A stretch of 64,000 nucleotides of DNA, from positions 361,832,001-361,896,000 of the forward strand of contig OZ024741.1 in NCBI GenBank assembly GCA_964016885.1. The letters run 5' to 3'. The notes under the pieces are model-generated. The model was not told the origin of the DNA. It was given only the letters and a program-made list of their open reading frames with translations, and did not search any database. The translations under genes were made by a program, and so were the position numbers. Every line of letters begins with the position of its first letter. The stretch's first letter is position 1. This DNA comes from Eledone cirrhosa (Eukaryota). Shown one piece after another: positions 51,287-62,670 of this stretch.

Positions 51287-53557
51287 TTAAACCTTATTTA
51301 ATGTTGGTCTATATTTTTGAATAAACATATTTTCCTTATTTATTCGCATTTGTTCTGTTGTATTGTTAGCGCAAAGGTAAAATGGGAAGACTTGGAATTT
51401 GGGTGTCTTATTACTTGCGCAAATGTCTAGATGTGCACTTAGTGGTATTTGTCTCGTGGTTGGATCTCGTAATTGTTGGCGATGAACTGTCATTCTGTTT
51501 CTGAGTGTGAGTTTAGTTTGTCCTATATAATCTTCATTGCATCCTTTACATTTAATGGCATAAATTAGATTTTTTGATGAGCAAGTGAAGTGATTTTTTA
51601 CAGTAAAATTTTGTCCTGATTTAAATGTATACGTGTTGCCTTCAATGAGGTGAGTGCAGGTTCCACAATTAGAGCGACCACATTTTTTGATACTTGGTTG
51701 TGGGTTTGTGGTAGGTAATTTGGCATTGGTGAGTAATGTTTTCAGTGATTTTGGTTGTCTTTTGCTTTTGATTATTTTGTGTGTTTCAAGGGCTTTTTTC
51801 ATTCTTGGGTTTTGTTTTAGTAGTGGGATGTTATTGTGAATAGTGTTGTAAGCTTCCGCATTTCTTGGGTTGTGTGTTGAGATATATGATAGAATATTGG
51901 ACGTACCTTGAATTTGTTTCTGTTTCCGTAATTCATCAATGCCTATTGCTTTAGCCCTTTCTATTCCATTATTTATTAGTAATAGTGGGTACTCTCTCTC
52001 AAGTAGAATTTCCTTTAATTCTTGAAGTCTTTTATTTCGCGTTTCATAATTGGAGACAATTGTGCAAATTCTTCTTGCTAGGTTAAAAGGAATGTTCGTC
52101 TTCGTGTGCTTTGGATGGTTGGAGGTGAATAGCAGATATTGTTTGGAATCTGTTGGTTTGTAGTGTATGTCAGTTTCGATATTTGTGTCTTTTTTTGTGA
52201 TTAAGATGTCCAGAAATGGGAGTTGATCTTGGCTGTATTCCATTGTGAATTGGATGTGCTTATTGATGCCGTTTATTAAGTTTTTGAAATCCTTCAGTTG
52301 GTCGAGTGTGTGGGACCAAAGAATGAGGCAATCATCCAAGTAGCGTTTCCAATTCTCTGATAAATATTTGTGGAAGTTCAATCCGTATTTTGATTTGGAC
52401 TGTTCATATATCTGGACTTCTAAGTATGCCATGACTAAGTTGGCATAAGTTGGAGCGGCTTTTGTGCCCATCGCAGTCCCCGATATTTGCTTGTAAGTAT
52501 TGCCATCGAAATCAAAAAAGTTGTTCTGTAGGATGAATTTTAATCCCTCGGTGATGAAGCTTTTTTCTATTCTGTCAGGTATCTCATTGGGATATTTCTC
52601 TAGCCAGAATCCTATTGCTTCTAGTCCGTATTGGTGTGGGATCGTTGTGTAGAGATTCACTACATCGAAAGACACAATAATAGTGTCGTTGTTGACATGT
52701 TTGGGGAGGTGGTTTAAGAGGTCCAGATCGTCTCTTACAAGGCTTGGTATGTGTTTCAGTATTGGTTTCAGTAGTATGTCTATAAAGTTGCTCAATCTGT
52801 GTGTTTCACATTGTGGGCCCGCTACAATTGGTCTTAATTTAAGGTCTGTGGGGTATTGTGTGTTCACGCAGGCTGAGGTGGATTGTTTACAGGCATCGTT
52901 GATTATTTTACATTTGTGGATCTTCGGAAGTCCGTAAAGGTTGCTGGTTTTGTATTCAAAATTTGTTAAATAATCGCGTTCCTTTTTAGTTAGGTCTTCC
53001 TGGTATCGATAAATCAGTGTGTTTAATTTGGTCATTATTTTTGATTGCTGGTAGTTTTTTACTCTTTCATAGTAATTAGCATTTTGTAAGAGAGAGAACA
53101 TAGAATTTTTATATTTTTCAGCCTCCATAATGACAACAGTACTTCCCTTGTCCACTTCCTTAATTACAATGTCCGGATTGTTTTTTAGTTCATGGATAAT
53201 CTCCCATTCCCTTCGACTTGTGTTGGGTTTGGGTTTAGGTTGCGGTAGTTCATGGTATGGGAAGGTAGCTATGTGGTCACAAAATTTGTCCAGAACTCTG
53301 TTTCTACCTTTTGTTGGGTTGTAGCTGCTTTTATTCCGTACAATTGATTCGTCGTTATTCTCCTTGTCAAAGAATTCCTCTGTGAGACGTAATTTTCTAC
53401 AGAAGTGTGAGATATCGTCATTTATCTCGTTGGGGTTAGGATATTGTGGTGTTGGTGTGAATTTCAGACCTTTGGAGAGAATTTTTACTTGTTGGGCTGA
53501 GAGGTTTGTATTTGAAATGTTAATTATTTTCGGTTTTTCAAAATCGGTTTGTGCCAC
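51287..53557 (-). CDS. Penelope-like reverse transcriptase + GIY-YIG endonuclease (756 aa, uninterrupted)
   Basis: LSKGLKFTP, DKGS, YGLPKIHK, RPIV, SFDVVNLYT, GTAMG..AP.YANL, RYLDD, HYKPT, Cys-rich linker CGRSNCGTC, NLIYAIKC..C...YIGQT. Confidence 0.95.
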   Translation of the reverse strand: MAQTDFEKPKIINISNTNLSAQQVKILSKGLKFTPTPQYPNPNEINDDISHFCRKLRLTEEFFDKENNDESIVRNKSSYNPTKGRNRVLDKFCDHIATFPYHELPQPKPKPNTSRREWEIIHELKNNPDIVIKEVDKGSTVVIMEAEKYKNSMFSLLQNANYYERVKNYQQSKIMTKLNTLIYRYQEDLTKKERDYLTNFEYKTSNLYGLPKIHKCKIINDACKQSTSACVNTQYPTDLKLRPIVAGPQCETHRLSNFIDILLKPILKHIPSLVRDDLDLLNHLPKHVNNDTIIVSFDVVNLYTTIPHQYGLEAIGFWLEKYPNEIPDRIEKSFITEGLKFILQNNFFDFDGNTYKQISGTAMGTKAAPTYANLVMAYLEVQIYEQSKSKYGLNFHKYLSENWKRYLDDCLILWSHTLDQLKDFKNLINGINKHIQFTMEYSQDQLPFLDILITKKDTNIETDIHYKPTDSKQYLLFTSNHPKHTKTNIPFNLARRICTIVSNYETRNKRLQELKEILLEREYPLLLINNGIERAKAIGIDELRKQKQIQGTSNILSYISTHNPRNAEAYNTIHNNIPLLKQNPRMKKALETHKIIKSKRQPKSLKTLLTNAKLPTTNPQPSIKKCGRSNCGTCTHLIEGNTYTFKSGQNFTVKNHFTCSSKNLIYAIKCKGCNEDYIGQTKLTLRNRMTVHRQQLRDPTTRQIPLSAHLDICASNKTPKFQVFPFYLCANNTTEQMRINKENMFIQKYRPTLNKV

Positions 53558-54516
53558 CGGGTGTCGTGAGTCCTGTAGCCTTGGTCTAAAAAATGATTTT
53601 TCTGGAATGTTTTTTCATTGGTATTATTATATCTAATGGTATTTCCCCTGTTGTTGTGTGGTCTTGTATAGAAGTTTCGGACGTATTGAGGTTCGGTTTG
53701 TTGATAGTCCGGGTTGTAGATTTGGTTCCTTTGTGTGGGTTGGGATCTATGGTTTTGGAACAGGCTCTGTGTGGGCAGGGGTCTACGGTTTTGGAATAGG
53801 TTTTGTGTGGGTTGTGATCTGCGGATCAGGTCCTGCCTTGTGTTCGGGGATCTTTGGTTTTTGTTAGTAGGGTTATAGTTTTGTCTATGGTTTCTGGGAT
53901 TATCGTTATAGTTTTGCTGGGGGTATGTTGGACGTTTTGTTACTTTTTTTGTTATTTGTTGTGCATGTGGTGTGTGAGTTTTAGTTTGTTTTAAAAATGG
54001 GTTACCTGTATGTTGTTCATTTTTGAAGTCCATTTCGTAGTTGTTGAACCAGGTGGCGTTTTTTTCCCATCGCTGGAGGGATGTGAGTTCTTCATCCTCA
54101 CAGTTTTCTTTCCAAAGTTTTAGGGTTTTTTTGTAGAGTAGGCCTTCAGAGTGCTTTGAGATTTCTGTGTCCATCTGTTGGTCGAGTGACTTGAATTTTT
54201 CTTCGTTGGAGTTGGCTCTTAATCGCAACAGTTCTATTTCTGTTTTAAATTTTTCCAATGCCATCTTTTCCCTAAGTCTTTGTTGGTTTTCTGGTTCATT
54301 CGGGATGGGTTTTATTTGGAGTTTTTTGGGGAGGATGATTGGGGTAGAGTTTAGCCACTTTTCATATATGTCTGCCTTGCCATTATTTTTTAGGAGATTC
54401 CAAAGGGCGAATTTGCGGGCTGTGAGCTTTTGAGTCCATATGTTGATTAGGGTGTTTTTCACTGAGTGGACATCTCGTAGATTGGGTTCTAACGGTTGTT
54501 CAAGCTTTTGGAGCAT
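53524..54516 (-). CDS. Upstream ORF of the Penelope-like element (coiled-coil-like plus Q/N/R-rich), 5'-truncated
   Basis: 330-aa open frame overlapping the RT ORF, which lies in the -1 frame; charged helical segment QQRLREKMALEKFKTEIELLRLRANSNEEKFKSLDQQM. Confidence 0.75.
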   Translation of the reverse strand: MLQKLEQPLEPNLRDVHSVKNTLINIWTQKLTARKFALWNLLKNNGKADIYEKWLNSTPIILPKKLQIKPIPNEPENQQRLREKMALEKFKTEIELLRLRANSNEEKFKSLDQQMDTEISKHSEGLLYKKTLKLWKENCEDEELTSLQRWEKNATWFNNYEMDFKNEQHTGNPFLKQTKTHTPHAQQITKKVTKRPTYPQQNYNDNPRNHRQNYNPTNKNQRSPNTRQDLIRRSQPTQNLFQNRRPLPTQSLFQNHRSQPTQRNQIYNPDYQQTEPQYVRNFYTRPHNNRGNTIRYNNTNEKTFQKNHFLDQGYRTHDTRWHKPILKNRK

Positions 54517-54611
54517 TGTTGTTTCAATGGTTTCGATTAGCTTAGTTAATACTGGAGTAATATTCGTCTCTTGGGTATTTTCTGTTTCTTCGTATATTTA
54601 TATATATATAT

Positions 54612-54704
<93 letters not shown>

Positions 54705-54740
54705 TATATATAAATATATATATAAATATATATATATATA

Positions 54741-55660
54741 TTAAGACAGGGGGGAAGAAAAAATGGCTTCACTTGTGCTTTCAACAAATTTATTTTCTTC
54801 ACAAAATCCAAAAAGAATTTTTTTCCGGATTAGAAAAAATTTTTTTGTTAAAAAAAATTATTTTATAAATTAAGTTGTTGGTTGTTGGTTAGGTCTTAGG
54901 AGTTCTTGGTTAACGTAGGGGGTATTGTTTCGTTTTTAGAACGACCTTTCACGCTGAGGTGCGCTTGTCAAACTGATGTGTATGTGGTGTGTTGTTCTAT
55001 ATATAGGGATTTAACATGTCTGTGGTGTGGTGGGGGTTTCTTTTCTCCCCCTTTAATAAGTGCATGGGTGTAGGTGTGTTGAAAAAGTGTTGAAGTGTTG
55101 AAAAAGTGTTAATAGCAGTAATGAGTTGCCTGTGACCATTCTCAACACAAAAGGAATACTAAAAGCTTTTTCCCCTGAACAAAGGAATTTTTCGAGAATG
55201 ACCGGGGCAGGCCGCACTTGCTACATTTCTCCCCACCCAACCCTACTCACCGTCTCAACTCATTACTGCTATTAACACTTTTTCAACACACCTACACCCA
55301 TGCACTTATTAAAGGGGGAGAAAAGAAACCCCCACCACACCACAGACATGTTAAATCCCTATATATAGAACAACACACCACATACACATCAGTTTGACAA
55401 GCGCACCTCAGCGTGAAAGGTCGTTCTAAAAACGAAACAATACCCCCTACATTAACCAAGAACTCCTAAGACCTAACCAACAACCAACAACTTAATTTAT
55501 AAAATAATTTTTTTTAATAAAAATTTTTTTCTAATCCGGAAAAAAATTCTTTTTGGATTTTGTGAAGAAAATAAATTTGTTGAAAGCACAAGTGAAGCCA
55601 TTTTTTCTTACCCCCTGTCTTAATATACCTAACTGTACCAAGGATTACACACATTTTCCA
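54741..55660. mobile_element. Non-coding pLTR-like element with inverted arms of about 370-390 bp, between TA tracts
   Basis: 54741-55129 is the reverse complement of 55256-55625. Each arm has a TATA-like tatatatag and a TTGACAA-gcgc/gcgt-GAAA motif. Confidence 0.75.
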
Positions 55661-55900
55661 ATATATATATATATATATCTGTATTTCTAACCGTTGGTCA
55701 ATCAATGATAAACGTTGATTGCCAAATAAATTAACTATGGAGATATAAAAGATACAGAAGCGAAAACCAACCAACAGTGAGTGTGTTCTGTTATCATTTC
55801 TGGCAATATTATTACAACAATAAGACCCTCCCCAAGTATAACAATGTTTGTTTCGACACACGATTTCATATCAAAAACCTTGCAAAACAAATATATAGAT

Positions 55901-56500
55901 ATATATAAGAAAGTAAGTCCATAGAATCATTTGATAAATATATATAGTATTTCTTCTCCCAATCAGCATAATTAACCACACAAAAAATCAATTAAACGAG
56001 GCTATAAGTTTAAAATGTACTTATGAAGAAACAATAGATAAATAAATGATAGCTATTTCATCCGTGATCAACAGCCACAGAAGATTTACCTAGTATTTCT
56101 AATAGCCGTAGAAATCGCTTTTTGGAAATATCCGATTATGGATAAATTCACGAGTTTCGTAATCATCAGGAAACAAACTCAAACCTTACGGGGTAGAGAC
56201 ATCATTTTGGTATGTTTATGTACATTTTTTCTTCTAACTTTGATTTTGTACCTAATTGTGTATGGTTGGCTATATGTCTAATCAATTTCTACGGCTATTA
56301 GAAATACTAGGTAAATCTTCTGTGGCTGTTGATCGCGGATAAAATAGCTATCATTTATTTATCTATTGTTTCTTCATAGGTACATTTTAAACTTATAGCC
56401 TCATTTAATTGATTTTTTGTGTGGTTAATTATGCTGATTGGGAGAAGAAATACTGTATATATTTTATCAAATGATTCTATGGACTTACTTTCTTATATAT
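55901..56500. repeat. Inverted repeat, arms about 215 bp, spacer about 170 bp
   Basis: 55901-56115 versus 56285-56500, slightly diverged. Confidence 0.92.
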
Positions 56501-56589
56501 TGCTCTGATTGTTGATTATTTAATTAATTAATTCGTCATTGAGCCACACCATGAATAGTTGCCAAAAACACATATATATATCTATGGCT

Positions 56590-57900
56590 CTGTCTAGTTT
56601 ATGTATATGTAAATCTATATATTTACACTATGTACATTCACGCTCTAACCACCCTGGTTCTATACTCAAAAACTTAGTATATAACATATCTCTTAGACTT
56701 TCTAAATTATCTTCCAATGATGATATATTTTATAAAAATACACCCTTCTACAACGAGGCCCTAACTAGAAGTATATATAAAGAAAAAATTTCATATATTC
56801 CCAACACTACTATGGACCATACTACAAAACCTAGCAAAAACTACAAACACCAAAAAATACCATCGAAACAAATGCCTAATGGGGTCATTCTTATCACACC
56901 AAACAACCGAAAAACCACAACTATTACTACACGATCTATGACCAATGTTAACAACTTACATATGACTACCAAACATTCAACCTCTCATAATCTACCCAAT
57001 AATAACACCAAATAAAACCACTGCAATTTACCAAAATCCACAAATAAAAAATACCAAACATAGGAACTCTTCTAGAACACAGCACATTAATATAAGTGAG
57101 AATAAGAACTTAACTAAAAACCGCAAAAGAAACATAACATGGTACAACGCACCCTTCAACCTGCAAACTATTGGACAAATCCCCAAAACATTCTTCGAAA
57201 TTCTACACAAACATTTTCCACCAAACCACAGATACCATCAAATATTTAACAGGTATACTGTTAAATTCTCATACTCTATATCAAACAATCTCCAACAGAA
57301 AATAAGCAACTACAACATTTATAAATTTAAAAATAATATGACCACACCACCACAACATAATTTAAATAAGACTTCACCTTTTAAAAGGACAAATAATACA
57401 ATTCTTCAACTGGAAAACACAACCACCGAAATCACCAACACAAAAATAACATAACACAAAATCACAATACAACCCCAGTACTAAATCAGCCACAAAGCAG
57501 CACTCATTCTCTCTCTAGCATTAATTACAATAAGAATAGCTCCAGGATTAATGAGAATTATGTAGGTACTTCCAACAACCATCTTACGTATGGTTGTAAT
57601 TGCAGAAATAGAAGCGTTTGCCCCTTAAATGGCAACTGTTTGATTAATAATGTAATATATAAATGCACTGTGTCTACTACTGACTCCAACAAATCGTATA
57701 TAGGATCTACATCGAACACATTTAAGAAAAGATATTACGCACACTCCAGTAGCTTTAACAATACTAAACTAGCTAACACCACATCTTTAGTTGAAGCAGT
57801 AAATAACTATAAAAAGAAAAAAATAGATTTCAAGCTATCGTGGGATACCATTCTACAAAGAACTCCATATCCTGGGAACAGGAGAGAATGTAGATTATGT
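56590..57900 (+). mobile_element. Second Penelope-like element (Nematis-like), decayed 3' half
   Basis: YVHSRSNHP, RLSKLSS, RKRNITWYNAPF, KHFPPNHRYHQIFNR, CNCR..CPLNGNC, VIYKC...YIGST (GIY-YIG), CRLC. Clade name is from memory of these motifs. Confidence 0.85.
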
Positions 57901-57954
57901 GGTTTTTCTCACATCTGATGTGAGAAAAATCACAGACACTCCATCTCAACTCTA

Positions 57955-57991
57955 CTTTTGAAAAGCAGAAGAACTGCGAAACCGGTAAAGG
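57955..57991 (+). ncRNA. Type I hammerhead ribozyme, U3-A8 variant (copy of 50215-50252)
   Basis: ctt TTGAAAA gcag-aagaa-ctgc GAAA ccgg TA aag. Confidence 0.8.
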
Positions 57992-58052
57992 AACCAAATA
58001 AATATATATATTTTTTTAAAAATAAGATCCCAGTTGCATTTTTGATTTCATC

Positions 58053-58097
<45 letters not shown>

Positions 58098-58099
<2 letters not shown>

Positions 58100-58821
58100 G
58101 CAGACTAGAGAGGAACGAAGCTTGCATGCTCCGCTGGATGTGTAACAGTAATATACGTGAACGGCAAAGCATAAACGAACTAAGGAAAAAATTAGAGATA
58201 AGAGGGATCAGATGTTGTTTACTCGAGAGAAGGCTGCGTTGGTATGGACACGTGATGCGCATGAAAGTCGATAGCTGTATAACAAAGTGCAGGGCAATAA
58301 AGATAGACGGTAGCCACGGAATAGGCAGACCTAGAAAAACCTGGGATGAGCTGATAAACTCCGACCTCACACACTTACACCTCTCCAAGACAATGTCACT
58401 GGACCGAGACCTTTGGCGGTACTCAGTAACAGAGAAGACCCGCCTTGCCAGTAGGCATCTCCAACAAAATACACCCCGTCCCGCCACCACCCCCACTCCA
58501 TCCACACCACCCCGTTCTATGTAAAGTTATGTTGGTGCCGCGGCATCCAGGCCGAAACAAATGAGATCGTGTAGGTGTCACGACAAAAAACACACAGTCC
58601 ACGCTGTAATGTGGCCGTGTAGGCAACACGGTAAAAACCTCCCAGACCCACACTGTAAATGTGGTTGGTGTTAGGAAGGGCATCCAACTGTAGAAAACCT
58701 GCCAGACAGTCCTATGCGAGCAAGACAATCACTCTTGCCTCAAGTGGGACTACCCCCGTCCAAACCCATGTAAGCATGGAACACGGACGTTAAACGTTGA
58801 TGATGATGATGATGATGATGA
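58098..58821 (+). mobile_element. RTE family A 3' fragment
   Basis: RRLERNEACMLRWMC...GRPRKTW, 3' UTR, (GAT)n tail; TA tracts on both sides. Confidence 0.93.
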
Positions 58822-58916
58822 TATATAAATATATATATATAAATATATATAAATATATATATATAAACATATATAAATATATATATATAAACATATATAA
58901 ATATATATATATAAAT

Positions 58917-58949
<33 letters not shown>

Positions 58950-58964
58950 AATATATATAAATAT

Positions 58965-59873
58965 ATACTATATTATATTTAGAGATTAAACTCATAGTCG
59001 TTTACAATTAATCAGCTCAAAGAAAGAGGCATTTCTGAGCAGTGAAATACAAGTTATATATTAATATATATGATAAACACAAAACGTGTTTGTATTGTAA
59101 GAGACAAAGTTAGCTAGCATGAAATAAACTAATTAAAGTGAATACAATTTGTCTGTCTCGATATAAGTCAATAAAGACAAGCTTATATTGGCAAAATCTG
59201 TGATTCCTGGACAAATTTAAATTTCAAAATCCAAACCCGCTCCGTAGATGAATTTGAACTCCGAAACCCAAATATGTTTCACAACGATGGTACATGAATT
59301 GAAAAATAAAGAGAATCGAAATGGAATTGAAATAAAAAGTGAAATATCCAAATCTTCTGTGCTTATCAACAGGAATCCAGTAAAATTAGTACATTCCACC
59401 TTCAAAAATTTTGCAGGTCTGATTACACGTGGTGTAGCCAGCTATACTAGCCATCCCGTATTCCCGGTGCTAGAAATAACAGCCTTTTATACGGGATTAA
59501 AGATCAGCTCTACAGTTAAGGAGCAATATACTATATTATATTTAGAGATTAAACTCATAGTCGTTTACAATTAATCAGCTCAAAGAAAGAGGCATTTCTG
59601 AGCAGTGAAATACAAGTTATATATTAATATATATGATAAACACAAAACGTGTTTGTATTGTAAGAGACAAAGTTAGCTAGCATGAAATAAACTAATTAAA
59701 GTGAATACAATTTGTCTGTCTCTATATAAGTCAATAAAAACAAGCTTATATTGGCAAAAGCCATGATTCCTGGACAAATTTAAATTTCAAAATCCAAACC
59801 CACTCCGTAACTTTGTCTCTTACAATACAAACACGTTTTGTGTTTATCATATATATTAATATATAACTTGTAT
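58965..59873 (-). mobile_element. Non-coding element: 563-bp unit + direct repeat of about 280 bp + inverted piece of about 65 bp, in (TA)n
   Basis: ctatattatatttagagattaaac at 58968 and 59531; 59809-59873 is an inverted copy of internal sequence. Confidence 0.82.
59267..59373 (-). ncRNA. Possible decayed U3-A8 hammerhead with long stem II insert
   Basis: Minus strand cctg TTGATAA gca...(about 75 nt)...tgt GAAA cata TT tggg; the stems rely on G.U pairs. Confidence 0.4.
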
Positions 59874-59916
59874 AAATATATATATATAAATATATATATA
59901 AATATATATAAATATT

Positions 59917-59948
<32 letters not shown>

Positions 59949-59960
59949 AATATATATATA

Positions 59961-62568
59961 AAGCCTTCCCTAGAACTAGACGAACCTGGAAAAAGAGGCC
60001 AACCTGGAGAAGAAAGATCTGGAAGCTGAAAGATCCCTCAACCAGTAACAGATTTAAAGATATTTTACTCAACGCCTACGACAGTAAAGAAGAACAGATA
60101 GAGACATTCAATGTAGAAGAGAACTGGGAGTTCCTAAAAAATAATTTACTAGAGGCAACGGATGAGGTCTGTAGCTGGAGTAAGACCTCAAGCAGGAGGA
60201 GAGTGACTTGGTGGTGGAAAAATAAGGTAGATGAAGCAGTTAAGGCCAAGAGACAGGCATGGAAAGAATGGAAGAATGGGGGGAGCAGGGTACATTACAT
60301 AGAGACCAAGAGGGAAGCTAGGCGACAAGTATACTTAGCTAGGAGGGAAGCAGAGGATAGAAAATTCAAGCATGTTTTGCAACGTGAGGACCAGAAACAG
60401 GAGGTGTTCAAGATTGCGAGGAAGTGTGTCAGAGATAGTTGTGATGTCATTGGAGAGAAGTGTATCCGGAATGATAAAGGTGAGTTTGCCCTCACAAGTG
60501 CTGAGAAGAAAGATGCATGGAAGAGTCATTATGATAGATTACTAATGAGGAGAATGCATGGGAAGAAGAGACGCTACCCCAAGTAGACCCTATAGAGGGG
60601 CCAGCAGTACAAGTCAGCAGCAACGTAGTAAGTAAGGCAATCAAAGATATGAAGATGGGGAAGGCAACCGGTCCATCGGGTATAGCTGTCGAGATGCTGA
60701 AGGCATCTGGGTCTGTAGGTTGCACTATAACCACATGTATTGTTAACCAGGTAATACTAGAAGGTGTCATACCAAAAGATTGGTGCAGTAGCATCATTGT
60801 CAACTGCTACAAAGGTAAAGGTGATGCACTAGATAGAGGAAACTATAGAGGTATAAAGTTGATGGACCAGGTCATGAAAGTAACAGAAAGAGTTATAGCA
60901 CAGTTGATTAGGGACCGGGTGAAAATAGACGAGATGCAATTTGGGTTTGTACCAGGAAGAGGCACCACTGATGCCCTCTTCCTTGTGAGGCAGTTACAGG
61001 AAAAGTACCTAACTAAAAGTAAGCCACTCTACTTGGCATTTGTCGACCTTGAGAAAGCCTTTGACAGAGTTCCACGTGCTGTAATCTGGTGGGCTCTTAG
61101 AAAACTAGGAGTAGATGAATGGCTTGTGAAAGCGGTACAAGCCATGTATAGGGGAGCAGTCAGCAAAGTTAGGATTAGCAATGAGTATAGCGAGGAATTT
61201 AGCGTACAGGTTGGGGTCCACCAGGGCTCTGTTCTTAGCCCCCTCCTGTTCATGATAGTCCTGCAGGCAATAACGGAGGAGTTTAAGACCGGATGCCCAT
61301 GGGAACTCCTGTATGCAGATGACCTCACACTTATAGCTGAATCTATGGTAGAACTAGAGAATAAATTCCAAACTTGGAAGCAGGGACTAGAAAGAAAGGG
61401 TCTCAAAGTCAACATGACAAAGACTAAGGTCCTTGTAAGTAGACGAGAAAACAGAACCCAGATCCCCCCAGGGAAATGGCCTTGCTCAGTATGTAGGAAA
61501 GGTGTAGGTAGGAACTCCATTCTCTGCCCTAAATGCAAACAATGGGTACACAAGAGATGTAGCGGGATCTCAGGAAGCTTAATTAAGAATGTAGGCTTCA
61601 CATGCAGCAGCTGTGCTGGGACAGCAAGCAGCAAACAGCCACAGGAAACAAGTACCACCAATCTCTGGGAGGGCTCTGTAGAAACAGTAGACAGCTTCTG
61701 CTACCTAGGTGACCGAATTAGCAGCGAAGGTGGGTGTTCAGAAAGTACAATAACTAGGGTAAGAACGGAATGGAAGAAATTCAGGGAGCTACTGCCACTG
61801 CTAGCTGCAAAAGGCTTTTCCCTCAAAATGAAGAGCAGACCGTATGATGCGTGTATACGAACAGCAATGTTACATGGTAGTGAGACCTGGGCACTGAAGG
61901 TGGAAGACTTATGTAGATTAGAAAGAAACGAAGCCTGCATGCTCCGATGGATGTGTAATAGTAATATACGTGAACGGCAAAGCATAAATGAATTGAGAGA
62001 GAGACTGAGCATAAGAGGAATCAAATGCTGTGTGCAGGAGAGGTGGTTGCGTTGGTATGGACATGTGATGCATATGAAGGATGACAGCTGCATAAAAAGG
62101 TGCAAAGCACTAGAAGTCAATGGAAACCGTGCAGTGGGGAGACCCAAGATGACCTGGGATGAGGTGATAAAAGCCGACCTTACCCAATTACACCTCTCAA
62201 AGGCAATGACACACGACCGTGACCTCTGGCATCACGCAGTAATACAGAGTACCCGACCTCCCATGGGTACAAGCTGAAGCATATAGACAATATGCCCCCA
62301 CACCCCCCACCGCAAGGTGGTCGTGGAGGTGCCACGGCAAAAAAGCACCCAGCCACACTGTAAAGTGGACGTGTAGGCGCCACAAAAAAGCACCCAGCAC
62401 TCACTGTAAATGAGGTTGGTGTTAGGAAGGGTACCCAGCTGTAGAAATCAAGCCAAATCAGTTCCTGTATGAGCAAGGCAGACCAGACACTGCCCACAAC
62501 AGGACAACCCATCTAACCCATGCTAGCGTGGAAGAACGGACGTAAAACGGTGATGATGATGATGATGA
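59961..62568 (+). mobile_element. RTE family B, 5'-truncated; open 542-aa RT-PHD-C-terminal ORF (60649-62277)
   Basis: ORF track, complete 3' UTR, (GAT)n tail, TA tracts on both sides. Confidence 0.96.
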
Positions 62569-62670
62569 TATATATAAATATATATATATAAATATATATA
62601 TATAAATATATATATATAAATATATATATATAAATATATATATATAAATATATATATATAAATATATATA

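Larger units (their letters stand above)
50139..54595 (-). mobile_element. Penelope-like retroelement (Neptune-like), 5'-truncated at (TA)n, long 3' region ending in a hammerhead
   Basis: Two overlapping ORFs, RT + C-terminal GIY-YIG, 3' hammerhead, TA tracts at both ends. Assignment of 50139-51286 to this element is inferred. Confidence 0.88.
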
